DNA from: Oscillospiraceae bacterium
GTDB taxonomy: Bacteria > Bacillota > Clostridia > Oscillospirales > Ruminococcaceae
Length of the DNA stretch: 64,000 nucleotides
Assembly (NCBI GenBank): GCA_047973265.1
Contig: JBKEBS010000060.1
Location: 1,604 to 65,603 of the forward strand
Direction of reading: 5' to 3'
The translations under genes were made by a program, and so were the position numbers. The notes beneath the pieces are model-generated. The model made no database searches. It was not told where the DNA came from and worked only from the letters and a program-made list of their open reading frames with translations. Of this stretch, positions 1 to 9,129 are shown piece after piece. How positions within the stretch are numbered: the stretch's first letter is position 1; each line of letters begins with the position of its first letter.

Positions 1-2315
1 TTCCAAATCTCTTCCGCATATTCCCGGATGGTGCGGTCGCTGGAGAACTTGCCCGCCCCCGCCGTGTTCAGCAGGCACTTGCGGGCGAAGCCCAGGCTGT
101 CCCGGTGGTCGCGGTTGGCCTGCAGCTTGGCCTCCACGTAGCGGTCAAAATCCAGCAGGAGGTAATAGTGGTCGGCCTTGTGCCAGCTCGCCCCCTTCAG
201 GATGGCGTCGTACAGCTCCCGGAACATGCCGGTGCGGCCGTCGCTGAGCGTGCCGTCGATAAGGGTGTCCAGCACCCGCTTGATCCGGGGGTTGTGCCGG
301 TAGATTTCCATGGGGTTGTAGCTGTTCCCCAGGCCCTGAATCTCCTCGATACGCGCGCCGAAGATGTAGTTGTTCTGCTCCCCGGCCTGCTCGGCGATTT
401 CAATGTTGGCCCCGTCGTAGGTGCCAAGGGTGACCGCGCCGTTCAGCATCAGCTTCATGTTGCCGGTGCCGGAGGCCTCGGTGCCCGCGGTGGAAATCTG
501 CTCTGAAATGTCGGCGGCGGGGATCAGCTTTTCCGCATAGCTGACATTGTAGTTCTGCACAAAGAGCACCGACAGCTTGTCCTTTGTGTCCGGGTCGGCG
601 TTCACCATATCGGCGATCTCGTTGATGAATTTGATGATGCCCTTTGCCCGGTAGTAGCCGGGGGCGGCCTTTGCCCCGAACAGGAAGGTCATGGGGTGGA
701 AGTCGGTGAGGCTGCCGTCCTTTAAGCGGAAGTAGATGTCCAGGATGGAAAAGGCGTTCAGCAGCTGGCGCTTGTACTCGTGGAGACGCTTGATCTGGAT
801 GTCGAAGATGGAGTCCACATTCAGCTCGTAGCCGTATTCGTAAAGGCGCACATGCCCGGCCAGCCGCTCCTTGTTCCGGCGCTTGATCTCCATGAAGCGG
901 CGCAGGGAGGCCTCGTCGCTCTGATATTTCTCCAGCTCCCGCAGGCGATCCAGGTCGGTGAGCCAGCCGTCGCCGATGCGCTCGGTGATAAACCGGGCGT
1001 ATTCGGGGTTGCAGAGCCCCAGCCAGCGGCGCTGCGTGATGCCGTTTGTCTTGTTGGAGAAGCGCTCGGGGTAGAGGGCGTACCACTCCTTCAGCGCGTC
1101 GTTCTTGAGGATTTCGGTGTGGATGGCCGCCACTCCGTTTGTGGAATGGGTGGCGTAGACAGCCATGCGGGCCATGTGGATGCGATGCTCCTCATCCACA
1201 ATATAGTAGGGGAGCTGATCCGCGCCGTTGATGTCCCGGTTGTGCAAATCCTGTTTCAGCTGGTTTTGCAGCATGACCACATAGGGATAGACCTGGGGGA
1301 TGACGGCGCAGAAGGTGCTGCTGTCCCATTTTTCCAAGGCCTCGGCCATGATGGTGTGGTTGGTGTAGGCGAAGGTGTCCCGCACGATGGGGAAGGCCGT
1401 CTCGAAGGAGAGTTCCTCCTCATCCATCAGCAGCCGGAGCAGCTCGGGAATGGCAACAACCGGGTGGGTGTCGTTGAGCTGGATGGCAAAGCTCTGGGCA
1501 AAGGCCGAGAAGTCCCCGCCATGCGCAGCCTTGTAGCGGTCTACTATGCAGCGCAGGGAGGCCGCCGAGAAGAAATACTGCTGTTTCAGGCGCAGTCGCT
1601 TGCCCTCCGCGCTCTCATCGTTGGGGTAGAGGACGGCGGAGATGGCCTCGGCGTGGTTCTGCTCCCCGTAGGCGTCGGAGACCTTCATCTCGTTGAAAGC
1701 GTCGAAGTGGAAGCCGTTCACGGGCTCCGCCTGCCACAGGCGCAGGGTGTTGATGGTGCGGTTTCCGTAGCCGATAACGGGCATGTCGTAGGGCACGGCC
1801 CAGACCGATTGGTCGGCAAAGCGGATCAGCACCCGCTCCGATTCTTTCCGCACACTCCAGGGGTCGCCGAAGCGCGTCCAATCGTCGGCGGTCTCCTTCT
1901 GGAAGCCGTCCTGGAAATACTGCTTGAACAGGCCGTATTTGTAGCGGATGCCAAAGCCGTCCAGGTTTTTGCCCAGGGTCGCCCCCGAATCCAGGAAGCA
2001 GGCGGCCAGCCTGCCCAGGCCCCCGTTGCCGAGAGCCGCGTCATCCACGCCCTCGAAAAGGTTGGGGTCGAGGCCGTTTCGCTGGAACAGCTCCCGAAAC
2101 TCCTCCAGCAGGCCCAGGTTCAGAAGGTTGGCGTAGACCATGCGGCCGATGAGAAATTCCGCCGAGAGGTAGCAGGCGGTCTTGCCCTGCCGGGGGGAAG
2201 TCCACCGCTCCCCGACCTGCTCCATTGCGGCGGCGCTCACCTGGGTGTAAAGCGCGCCTATGTCCGCGCCCTTGTTTTCTTGCAGCAGCCTTTGCAGGGA
2301 ATCTTCAAAAGACAT
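1..2315 (-). CDS. glgP: Glycogen/maltodextrin phosphorylase (last codons run off the window edge)
   Basis: Absent from the ORF track because it has no stop in the window. Manual translation gives ALGNGGLGRLAACFLDS, QLNDTHP, IKRLHEYKRQLLN, EASGTGNMKLMLNG (PLP lysine) and GKFSSDRTIREYAEEIW. AAGGAG SD precedes the ATG at 2315. Confidence 0.95.
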   Translation of the reverse strand, partial: MSFEDSLQRLLQENKGADIGALYTQVSAAAMEQVGERWTSPRQGKTACYLSAEFLIGRMVYANLLNLGLLEEFRELFQRNGLDPNLFEGVDDAALGNGGLGRLAACFLDSGATLGKNLDGFGIRYKYGLFKQYFQDGFQKETADDWTRFGDPWSVRKESERVLIRFADQSVWAVPYDMPVIGYGNRTINTLRLWQAEPVNGFHFDAFNEMKVSDAYGEQNHAEAISAVLYPNDESAEGKRLRLKQQYFFSAASLRCIVDRYKAAHGGDFSAFAQSFAIQLNDTHPVVAIPELLRLLMDEEELSFETAFPIVRDTFAYTNHTIMAEALEKWDSSTFCAVIPQVYPYVVMLQNQLKQDLHNRDINGADQLPYYIVDEEHRIHMARMAVYATHSTNGVAAIHTEILKNDALKEWYALYPERFSNKTNGITQRRWLGLCNPEYARFITERIGDGWLTDLDRLRELEKYQSDEASLRRFMEIKRRNKERLAGHVRLYEYGYELNVDSIFDIQIKRLHEYKRQLLNAFSILDIYFRLKDGSLTDFHPMTFLFGAKAAPGYYRAKGIIKFINEIADMVNADPDTKDKLSVLFVQNYNVSYAEKLIPAADISEQISTAGTEASGTGNMKLMLNGAVTLGTYDGANIEIAEQAGEQNNYIFGARIEEIQGLGNSYNPMEIYRHNPRIKRVLDTLIDGTLSDGRTGMFRELYDAILKGASWHKADHYYLLLDFDRYVEAKLQANRDHRDSLGFARKCLLNTAGAGKFSSDRTIREYAEEIW

Positions 2316-2404
2316 ATTAAAAATCACTCCTTTCAGCGTATACCTATTTCCAGTATAACACCGATCAGGAAAAAAGGGGAGGGGAAACCCGTCTGAAAGT
2401 GTCG

Positions 2405-3145
2405 CTATTTGGACGGATACACGGCGAACTCCTCGGCAGAACCGGCAAAAACGTTGATGTCGATGAAATCTTCCTCCCCTGCGTAGCCCTCTAACCTGCC
2501 ACGGTTGGTGTACTGCCAGAAAAGCCAGTCCCTGTCGTCGGAGAGGCTGGGGCGGCCAATGACATTGCGAATCCAGATGTCGTTTTTGGGAAAGGCGCTT
2601 TCCAGGTATAATTGATACGATTTCTCCGTTGCGTATAAAATTGGTGGGGTGCCGTAGTGTTCCTCCAGCGCTGTGAGCATGGCGGTCAGCTCTGCCTCGA
2701 CCTCTGCCCGCTCCGGCGGGTTCTGCTCCTTGTCGCCGTAGAACTCCACATCCACCACCGGCGGCAGCATGCCCTCTATGATGGGTACCGTGGCGATGAA
2801 GTTTTCCGCCTGTGTGATTCCAGGGCTGTCGTAGCTGAAAAAGTGGTAGGCGCCGACCCGCAGCCCGGTTTGCAGCGCGCCTTCCAGATTTTGCTGGAAA
2901 TAGGAATCCACATGGCCGCTGCCCTCGGTGGCCTTGAGGAAGGCGAATTGAATGTTCTGCGAGGCCAGCAGCTCCCAGTCGATCTCCCCCTGATAGGAGG
3001 AGACATCGACGCCGTGGACTTCATATTTGGAGGCCGCGCTGCCGTTGGGCAGGAAGAAGCCGTTCCAGGTCAACCAGAATGCCCCCGCGAGACATAGGCC
3101 GAAGAACAAAACGAGAATCGCCCAACGGACGATGCGCCGCTTCAT
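2405..3145 (-). CDS. GH25 lysozyme/muramidase with N-terminal membrane anchor
   Basis: GVDVSSYQG, FLKATEG, GAYHFF, DVE and WQYT motifs; hydrophobic N-terminus. Confidence 0.9.
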   Translation of the reverse strand: MKRRIVRWAILVLFFGLCLAGAFWLTWNGFFLPNGSAASKYEVHGVDVSSYQGEIDWELLASQNIQFAFLKATEGSGHVDSYFQQNLEGALQTGLRVGAYHFFSYDSPGITQAENFIATVPIIEGMLPPVVDVEFYGDKEQNPPERAEVEAELTAMLTALEEHYGTPPILYATEKSYQLYLESAFPKNDIWIRNVIGRPSLSDDRDWLFWQYTNRGRLEGYAGEEDFIDINVFAGSAEEFAVYPSK

Positions 3146-3618
3146 TGCGCCGGGCCCTCATGCTTTGTGCCAAGATAGAGGGGATGCTCCGCATTCAGGA
3201 TCGCGTCGATATTCTCGCCAACCAGCAGGGGCATAATCCTGGCTTCGTGCAGCTTTTCCACGGGAACCCACTGGGATGAAACCTGCCCGGCATCGGGCTC
3301 GCTGGGGATTTCAGGTGTTTCGCTGACCAGTCGGCAGAGGAAGACGTGATAGTTCTTGTGAGAATATCCTGCGTGCTGTTCGCGGTAGACGGGGTCGTCC
3401 TGAATCTCTCCGCAGACAGCGGCAAGGCGCAGCGGCTCCACGTGGTAGCCGGTCTCCTCCAGGCATTCCCGTACAATCGCTTCCTCCATTGTCTCGTATA
3501 AATCCTGTCCGCCCCCGGGCAGGGAGAAGTGGTCGCCGAAATAGTCATTCCGGCAGTCATTCAGCAACAGCTTGCCTTCGTGCAGAACCAGGGCTTTTAC
3601 ACAGCTTCTGATGCGCAT
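3142..3618 (-). CDS. NUDIX hydrolase
   Basis: Nudix box PGGGQDLYETMEEAIVRECLEETG. Confidence 0.9.
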   Translation of the reverse strand: MRIRSCVKALVLHEGKLLLNDCRNDYFGDHFSLPGGGQDLYETMEEAIVRECLEETGYHVEPLRLAAVCGEIQDDPVYREQHAGYSHKNYHVFLCRLVSETPEIPSEPDAGQVSSQWVPVEKLHEARIMPLLVGENIDAILNAEHPLYLGTKHEGPAQ

Positions 3619-3636
3619 TGTAGGTGTGTCCTTTCG

Positions 3637-5787
3637 CTATTCCTTTGTATTCAGTTCGTGCAGTGGCAAAGAGGGCTCTCCGGCGCTGAAAATATCCAGC
3701 CGGTGGAGCGGCCTGGTCATCGCCACATACAGCAGGTGCATGTCAATGGTGCGCGCCGCCGAATACTGGTTCTCGCTGGCGTCCAGCAGCACCACGCAGT
3801 CGAACTCCAATCCCTTAGCCAGGTGGCAGGGCATGGCGCAGGTTCCCCCTGCGTAGACAGTGCTCTCGCCCGTGATGAGCTGGACTTCACCGCCCAATGA
3901 CTTCTGGATGGCCGCGGCCTCCTTGTCGGTCTTGCCCAGCAGCGCCACCGACTGGTAGCCCTGCTCTTTGTAATCCCGGAGCAGTGCCGCGATTCTGTCG
4001 GCCAGCTCCTTCGCCTTGATCTCCCACAGCCGCACCGGCTCCCCGTGGCGGATGACCGGGGTGGCGGGGGGAATACCCAGCAGGCCGGACACTCGGTTGG
4101 CGGCCTCCATGATCTCCACCGTGTTGCGGTAGCTCTTTTGTAGGTATTCGATCTCCGCCTTGCCGCCGAAGGCCTCCCGGCGAACCTGCTCCCAGTCGGC
4201 GGTGCCCCGGTAGGTGTAGATGGACTGGGCAAGGTCGCCCACCACGGTGAAATTGCAGTCGGGCAGGCTCGCCCGCAGCGCGCAGTAGTCGAAGACCCCG
4301 AAATCCTGGCCCTCGTCGATGACGGCGTGGCGGTATTCGGGGATGTTTCTCCTGCCCCGGATGCGGGTGCGCAGGTGCAGCAGCGCTGCCTGATCCTCCG
4401 GGTCAAGCTTTCTGCCCCGCAGATTTTTCAGGGTGCGGGCCTTCAGCTCCTCTGTTTCTGTGAAGGAGGGATCGAGCCATCGTTCGCAGCTCTCGGCAAA
4501 CTCCCGATAGAGAGCAAGCAGCGGCGTATCCACCCGGCCAAAGAAGGCGCGCATGCTTTTGGCGCAGTGGGCGCGCAGCTCCTTTTCGATGGCGGCGCGC
4601 CTCTTTTGCAGGGCGATGATATCTCCACCGGCCCGCATCTTTTCCCGAAAGTGCTGGTCTACCTTCTGCTCCAGCAGCACGGGGCTGTATTCGATCATGG
4701 GGCGAAGGTAGATGATGGCGTGCTCCACCTTGGTGAGGATGTCGTCTCCCGGCCCGGCCATGGCGTCCTCCCAGGCTGTCCGGATGGCATCCTCTTCGAT
4801 AACGGTGAAATCCTCCAGCATGAAGTCCCCCTCCGGCAGGATGGTGGGGGTGAAGTCCTCCAGAAAGCGGTCGAGAGCGTCCCGGTAGGGGAGGGAAAGC
4901 TTGTAGGCCTCCACGCCGCTGTCGTCCTTCCCGCCCACGGCGGCGGCCAGGCGCTTGGCGGGATCGGTGAGGCTGTATTTCTCGCCGATCAGGCTGCGGG
5001 CCAAATCCTCATAGGTGTATTGGGGGACGCTGTCCACATCCAAATCCGGCAGCACAGAGGAGATGTAGTTGATGAAGAAGCGGTTGGGGCCGATGACCAG
5101 ATACTGTTCCGGCCGGATGGCGTCCCGGTAGGTGTAGACCAGGTAGGCGATGCGGTGGAGGGCCACAGTGGTCTTTCCGCTGCCCGCCGCTCCCTGCACG
5201 ATAAGGTCGCGGTTGATCTTTTCGCGGATGATGCGGTTCTGTTCGCCCTGGATGGTGGCGATGATGTTTTTGAGCCGGTTGTCCGCGCTCACCCCCAGGT
5301 AGGGGCGGAGCAGCTCGTCGTCCGAGACCAGGTCGACGTCCCGCACCGAGAGCAGCTCGCCCTCCTCCACTTCCAGCTGGCGCTTGAGGGAGAGCTCCCC
5401 CTCCACCATGCCGCCCGGAGCCTCATAGGTGACCGGGCCCACGCTGCTGTCGTAGTAGAGCGTCGCCACCGGGGAGCGCCAGTCCAGGGTGACGAGATTG
5501 TCGGCGTCGTCCTGAACGCCTATTTTGCCGATGTACAGCTTTTGGAATGGCTCCTCCTTCTCCGCAAAATCGATGCGGGCGAAGTAGGGCTTGTCGGCGC
5601 TCTGCCGCAGCCGGGCCACCCGGTTGTGCAGCTGGGTGAGCATTTCGTTCATCACGTCGGTGTCGGCGCTGTAGAGCCAGGGCATGCGGTCGAAGGATTC
5701 CCTCGTCTCCCTGATGATCTCCCCGAACTTGTCCAGCGTTTCGGCGAGATGTTCTTTCTCCTCTTCAAAAATCTGATTCCCGGCCAT
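3637..5787 (-). CDS. helD: HelD-like SF1 helicase/ATPase (RNA polymerase recycling factor family)
   Basis: KPYFARIDF, LYIGK, DWRSP, LKNIIATIQGEQN, QGAAGSGKT, IDEGQD, KGLEFD and LYVAMTR are typical of HelD. Confidence 0.85.
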   Translation of the reverse strand: MAGNQIFEEEKEHLAETLDKFGEIIRETRESFDRMPWLYSADTDVMNEMLTQLHNRVARLRQSADKPYFARIDFAEKEEPFQKLYIGKIGVQDDADNLVTLDWRSPVATLYYDSSVGPVTYEAPGGMVEGELSLKRQLEVEEGELLSVRDVDLVSDDELLRPYLGVSADNRLKNIIATIQGEQNRIIREKINRDLIVQGAAGSGKTTVALHRIAYLVYTYRDAIRPEQYLVIGPNRFFINYISSVLPDLDVDSVPQYTYEDLARSLIGEKYSLTDPAKRLAAAVGGKDDSGVEAYKLSLPYRDALDRFLEDFTPTILPEGDFMLEDFTVIEEDAIRTAWEDAMAGPGDDILTKVEHAIIYLRPMIEYSPVLLEQKVDQHFREKMRAGGDIIALQKRRAAIEKELRAHCAKSMRAFFGRVDTPLLALYREFAESCERWLDPSFTETEELKARTLKNLRGRKLDPEDQAALLHLRTRIRGRRNIPEYRHAVIDEGQDFGVFDYCALRASLPDCNFTVVGDLAQSIYTYRGTADWEQVRREAFGGKAEIEYLQKSYRNTVEIMEAANRVSGLLGIPPATPVIRHGEPVRLWEIKAKELADRIAALLRDYKEQGYQSVALLGKTDKEAAAIQKSLGGEVQLITGESTVYAGGTCAMPCHLAKGLEFDCVVLLDASENQYSAARTIDMHLLYVAMTRPLHRLDIFSAGEPSLPLHELNTKE

Positions 5788-5818
5788 ATTGCCATCACTC
5801 CTTTAGGCACAAAGGGCG

Positions 5819-5899
5819 AAAAACAAGCCGACTCCATAGCAAAAAGAATAAGCAGCTGGCGGTCACTGGTGTCCCTTTTTGCTCTGGGATCGGCTTGTT
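5819..5899 (-). promoter_or_regulatory. Long hairpin + short U-tract in the helD 5' leader (candidate attenuator)
   Basis: 25-nt arms at 5822-5846 and 5875-5899 pair with 2 mismatches and 1 GU; a short U run follows on the minus strand. Confidence 0.6.
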
Positions 5900-5935
5900 G
5901 CGAATACACGAGTTCATTTTTCAGACAGGAGAAAA

Positions 5936-5964
5936 ATCATAACACAGCGCAGGGAAAAATGCAA
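5936..5964 (-). promoter_or_regulatory. Sigma-A-type promoter for helD
   Basis: TTGCAT-17 nt-TATGAT with a TG extension. Confidence 0.6.
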
Positions 5965-5994
5965 GGGGGAAATTTGGCGACACTGCAGGCATTG

Positions 5995-6465
5995 TCACTC
6001 TTCCAACCGGGGCCGGTAGGGATTGGGGTTGACCAAGCGATTGATGAAGCCCACCCCGTAGCCGATCAGGCAGCAGCCCAGCAGCACCAGGGTGACGGCC
6101 AGCTCCGCGTTGAGGCCGGGAAAGTCGCTCAGTGCGCCGACAAAGGGGGAGAGAGGCAGGTAGGAGGGCAGCCCGAACAGGACATAGGAGAAGCGGCCTG
6201 TGAACACCCCCAGGGTGCGCAGCAAAATACCCAGGAGGGAAAAGCCCTCCAGGCCGACCGGCACCGCCAGCGCGGCCAGCGGGCGGCGATAGCAGAACAT
6301 CGCCGTGTTGACCGCCCAGCCCACCAGCAGAATGGCCGATACAGCCATTCCGGCAAGGAATGTGGTGGCGGGGGGAAGGATTCCATCGGGCAAAAAAGCC
6401 AGGACTGTGGCGGGCAGCCACAGCCAAATATAACGGGTAAGGTACTTGCTCATCAATATATCCAT
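5995..6465 (-). CDS. Hypothetical membrane protein
   Basis: 156 aa, about 4 hydrophobic segments, GAGG SD. Confidence 0.7.
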   Translation of the reverse strand: MDILMSKYLTRYIWLWLPATVLAFLPDGILPPATTFLAGMAVSAILLVGWAVNTAMFCYRRPLAALAVPVGLEGFSLLGILLRTLGVFTGRFSYVLFGLPSYLPLSPFVGALSDFPGLNAELAVTLVLLGCCLIGYGVGFINRLVNPNPYRPRLEE

Positions 6466-6500
6466 TCCTCTGGTATGCGATGATTAGCCGCTTTAATCAG

Positions 6501-6959
6501 TCAGGCTTCGTCCTCGTCAGCTTCCTCGGCGTGGGCCTCCACCTCTTTGTCCACCTCGGTGCAGATGAAGAGATACATGTCCTTTGCCATTTTGTAGAAG
6601 CGGTTCACCTGCTTGTACTCTAGGTGAAAGGGAAGGTCGGCGGGGTAGCGGGTTTCAATGTAGCAGCGGTTGAGGGCCGCGCTCTCGTCCAGCCAGCTGG
6701 AAAACCGCTGGTCATAGCGCATGGCCTGCTTGCACAGCCAGGTGAGGTTGTGGCCGTCCACCAGGCGCCTGTCCATCAGCAGCAAATAGGCTTTGAGCGC
6801 CTTTTCAATGCATTGCTGGCAGTGAAAGGCCGCGCTGTGGTAGCAGTTGTCATCCGTCATGAGCAGTCCCGAGGCGATGATGTCCTCCCCCGCGCGGGCC
6901 AGCCAGTCGTAGTAGCGCCGGCTGTCGCTGCTCCGGCGGGTGGTGGGCCGCCTAGCCAT
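6501..6959 (-). CDS. HEPN domain protein
   Basis: AAFHCQQCIEKALKAYL, GHNLTWL and ETRYP are typical of MNT-associated HEPN. Confidence 0.88.
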   Translation of the reverse strand: MARRPTTRRSSDSRRYYDWLARAGEDIIASGLLMTDDNCYHSAAFHCQQCIEKALKAYLLLMDRRLVDGHNLTWLCKQAMRYDQRFSSWLDESAALNRCYIETRYPADLPFHLEYKQVNRFYKMAKDMYLFICTEVDKEVEAHAEEADEDEA

Positions 6960-7269
6960 GAAGCACCATCCCGGTGCGGCTGATTTTGCCCGCGAAGGAG
7001 GAGGGATCCTTCACCAGCATATCCCACTCGTCTGGGGTATAGACCACGATGTCGAAGGGAACCTCACACTCAATATCCAGGTAGGCCTTGCGCTGGACAG
7101 CCTCCTTGTCAGCGGTGTCCAGCACCATCAGGAGCTTGAAGGAGGTGGTATCCCCCCCGGAGCCGGTCTTGTGGGAGAAGAGGTAGATTTTGCCGGGGGA
7201 AAAATCCCGCACCAGCTGATCCACCACATGGCGGATGACGGGGGAAGGGGTGGGATGAGCCTTGTCCAT
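6952..7269 (-). CDS. Minimal nucleotidyltransferase (MNT)-like protein with degenerate catalytic motif
   Basis: Last 105 aa of the 6952-9312 ORF (MDKAHP...). AAGGAAGGA SD; PGKIYLF, FDIVVYTPDEW and GMVLHG are typical of MNT; overlaps the HEPN start. Confidence 0.75.
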   Translation of the reverse strand: MDKAHPTPSPVIRHVVDQLVRDFSPGKIYLFSHKTGSGGDTTSFKLLMVLDTADKEAVQRKAYLDIECEVPFDIVVYTPDEWDMLVKDPSSFAGKISRTGMVLHG

Positions 7270-7377
7270 GGCAGTGTTCCTTCCTTTCAGGGGTCGGCAG
7301 CTCCAAAAGAATTGATTTTGAGGGGCATTGACTATATAATGGGAACTCAGGCAGAAAAACGTGGACAGGAGAACAAT

Positions 7378-8007
7378 ATGAACAGCAAGCTCGGAAGAAT
7401 ATCCGCCGCCGTGACCGGCCTGTCCGTGCTGGGCTTCGCGGTATCGATGATCGTAGGCGTCTTCACAGGGAGCGCCACGCCGAGCTTCCTGACAAGCATG
7501 TGCATCGCGCTGGGCTTCCTTCCCCTCATCTGCGCCATTACAGGCGGCAACCCCAAAAAGGAATCGCGGGGGATGGGCCTGGCTGCTGTGGGGTTTGCCG
7601 CGGTCTACGTGATGCTGATCATGCTGGTCTACTTTGCGGCGGTCACCACGGTGCGGATGAATCCCGGCCTCAGCGAGGAAGCCAGGGCGATCATCGACTA
7701 CGAGCACCTGGGCAGCCTCTACTTCAACTACGACCTGCTGGGCTACGGCTTCATGGCGCTGGCGACCTTCTTCGCCTCCTTTTCGGTGGAGCCGAAGGAC
7801 AAAGGCGACAGGGCCTTCCGGATGCTGCTTCGCATCCACGGTATCTTCGCGGTCAGCTGCTTCATCATGCCGATGTTCCCACTCTTCACCACCGGCACCA
7901 ATCCCCTGATCGGCACCGCGGTGCTGGAGTTCTGGTGTATCTACTTCCTTCCCGTCTGCATCCTGGGTTGGCGGTATTTCCGTGAAAAGAAGTTCGACAA
8001 GCGCTGA
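7378..8007 (+). CDS. Hypothetical multi-pass membrane protein
   Basis: MNSKLGR... after an AGGAG SD; about 6 hydrophobic segments. Confidence 0.75.
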   Translation: MNSKLGRISAAVTGLSVLGFAVSMIVGVFTGSATPSFLTSMCIALGFLPLICAITGGNPKKESRGMGLAAVGFAAVYVMLIMLVYFAAVTTVRMNPGLSEEARAIIDYEHLGSLYFNYDLLGYGFMALATFFASFSVEPKDKGDRAFRMLLRIHGIFAVSCFIMPMFPLFTTGTNPLIGTAVLEFWCIYFLPVCILGWRYFREKKFDKR

Positions 8008-8079
8008 CATCTTGTCAAAGTATATCCCATTTTTAGTCAAAACGCAAAATGAATTGGTAACGGAAGGAACGAACCTTCT

Positions 8080-9078
8080 ATGGAGAGAGACAGCATAGCC
8101 CATGGGCTCGACCTCCGGCTGCCCGATGTGGGGGAACCCGCATACAGCCGGATGCGCGCCCTGTTGGAGGGCACCGCGGAGCAGCTGGAAAGCGCCGCCC
8201 ACATATTGAAAAACCCTTCCCGCAGCTTGTGGGAACAAAGTGAGATCGAGCCAATCGACGCCCTGCCCACTGCTCCCCGGGCCGCCTGTCAGGGGGTGCC
8301 GGGGGCGTATTCCCAGATCGCCTGCGAGCAGCTTTTCCCCCAGCCGGACATCGCCTTTTTCGACCGCTTCGGCCAGGTGGTGGAGGCTGTCTCCTCCGGC
8401 GAGGCGGAATTCGGCGTGTTGCCGGTGGAGAACTCCAACGCCGGTGCGGTGGAGGAGGCGTTGGAGCTGGTGGCGGGCAGCGGCTGTTATATTGTGGCCG
8501 CCACCCAGGTGAAGGCCAACCACTGCCTTTGCATCCACCCGGACAGCGCCGAGGGCGGCCTGACCCGCGCCCTCTCCCACCCCCAGGCGCTCCGCCAGTG
8601 CGGGGGCTTTCTGAAAGAGAGGGGGCTGGAGCCAGTCCCCTGCCTCAACACCGCCATTGCGGCCATGGAGGTGGCGAAAGGCCCCTCTGCCGACGCCTGC
8701 CTCTGCTCCCGCCGCAGCGCCGAGCTCTACGGGCTGCGCATCCTGGGGGAGGGCGTGCAGGACTACGAGGCCAACTTCACCCGCTTTGTCTGCATTGCAA
8801 ATAAGGCGCTGGTGCTGCCGGATGCCGACAGCGTTTCGCTTGCACTGTCTTTTCCCAATCAGCCCGACGCTCTCCGGCGCTTTCTCACCCTCTGTTCGGT
8901 GTGGGGGCTTGACCTGACCAAGCTGCGCTCTCTTCCCATTGCGGGGGCGGATTTTCGGGTGCGCTTTCATCTGGATTTTCGGGGCAATGTCTTCCGTGAC
9001 CAGGTGGACAGCCTGCTGGGCCACATGACCGACACGCTGGAGGACTTCCGTTTCCTGGGCAATTATCCGTTTATCTGA
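8080..9078 (+). CDS. pheA: Prephenate dehydratase with ACT domain
   Basis: QGVPGAYS, VLPVENSNAG, SHPQALRQC, NFTRF and FLGNYP. Confidence 0.88.
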   Translation: MERDSIAHGLDLRLPDVGEPAYSRMRALLEGTAEQLESAAHILKNPSRSLWEQSEIEPIDALPTAPRAACQGVPGAYSQIACEQLFPQPDIAFFDRFGQVVEAVSSGEAEFGVLPVENSNAGAVEEALELVAGSGCYIVAATQVKANHCLCIHPDSAEGGLTRALSHPQALRQCGGFLKERGLEPVPCLNTAIAAMEVAKGPSADACLCSRRSAELYGLRILGEGVQDYEANFTRFVCIANKALVLPDADSVSLALSFPNQPDALRRFLTLCSVWGLDLTKLRSLPIAGADFRVRFHLDFRGNVFRDQVDSLLGHMTDTLEDFRFLGNYPFI

Positions 9079-9129
9079 TTTGCCGGTTTCTTTTCCCGGA
9101 AAAAGGTCGAAAACATTAGGAGATATACA

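Noticed and set aside
780..2396. 538-aa plus-strand ORF
   Set aside because: Antisense shadow of glgP caused by GC-rich codon bias; no motifs.
2405..3145. GH25 as a prophage endolysin
   Set aside because: Has a membrane anchor, is operonic with NUDIX/helD, and no holin or phage genes are nearby.
5829..5842. GACTCCAT.GCAA shared between the helD leader and 38057-38069
   Set aside because: About 12 nt of similarity in different structural positions; plausibly chance.
4327..6483. 718-aa plus-strand ORF
   Set aside because: Antisense to helD and the membrane protein gene; no recognisable domain.
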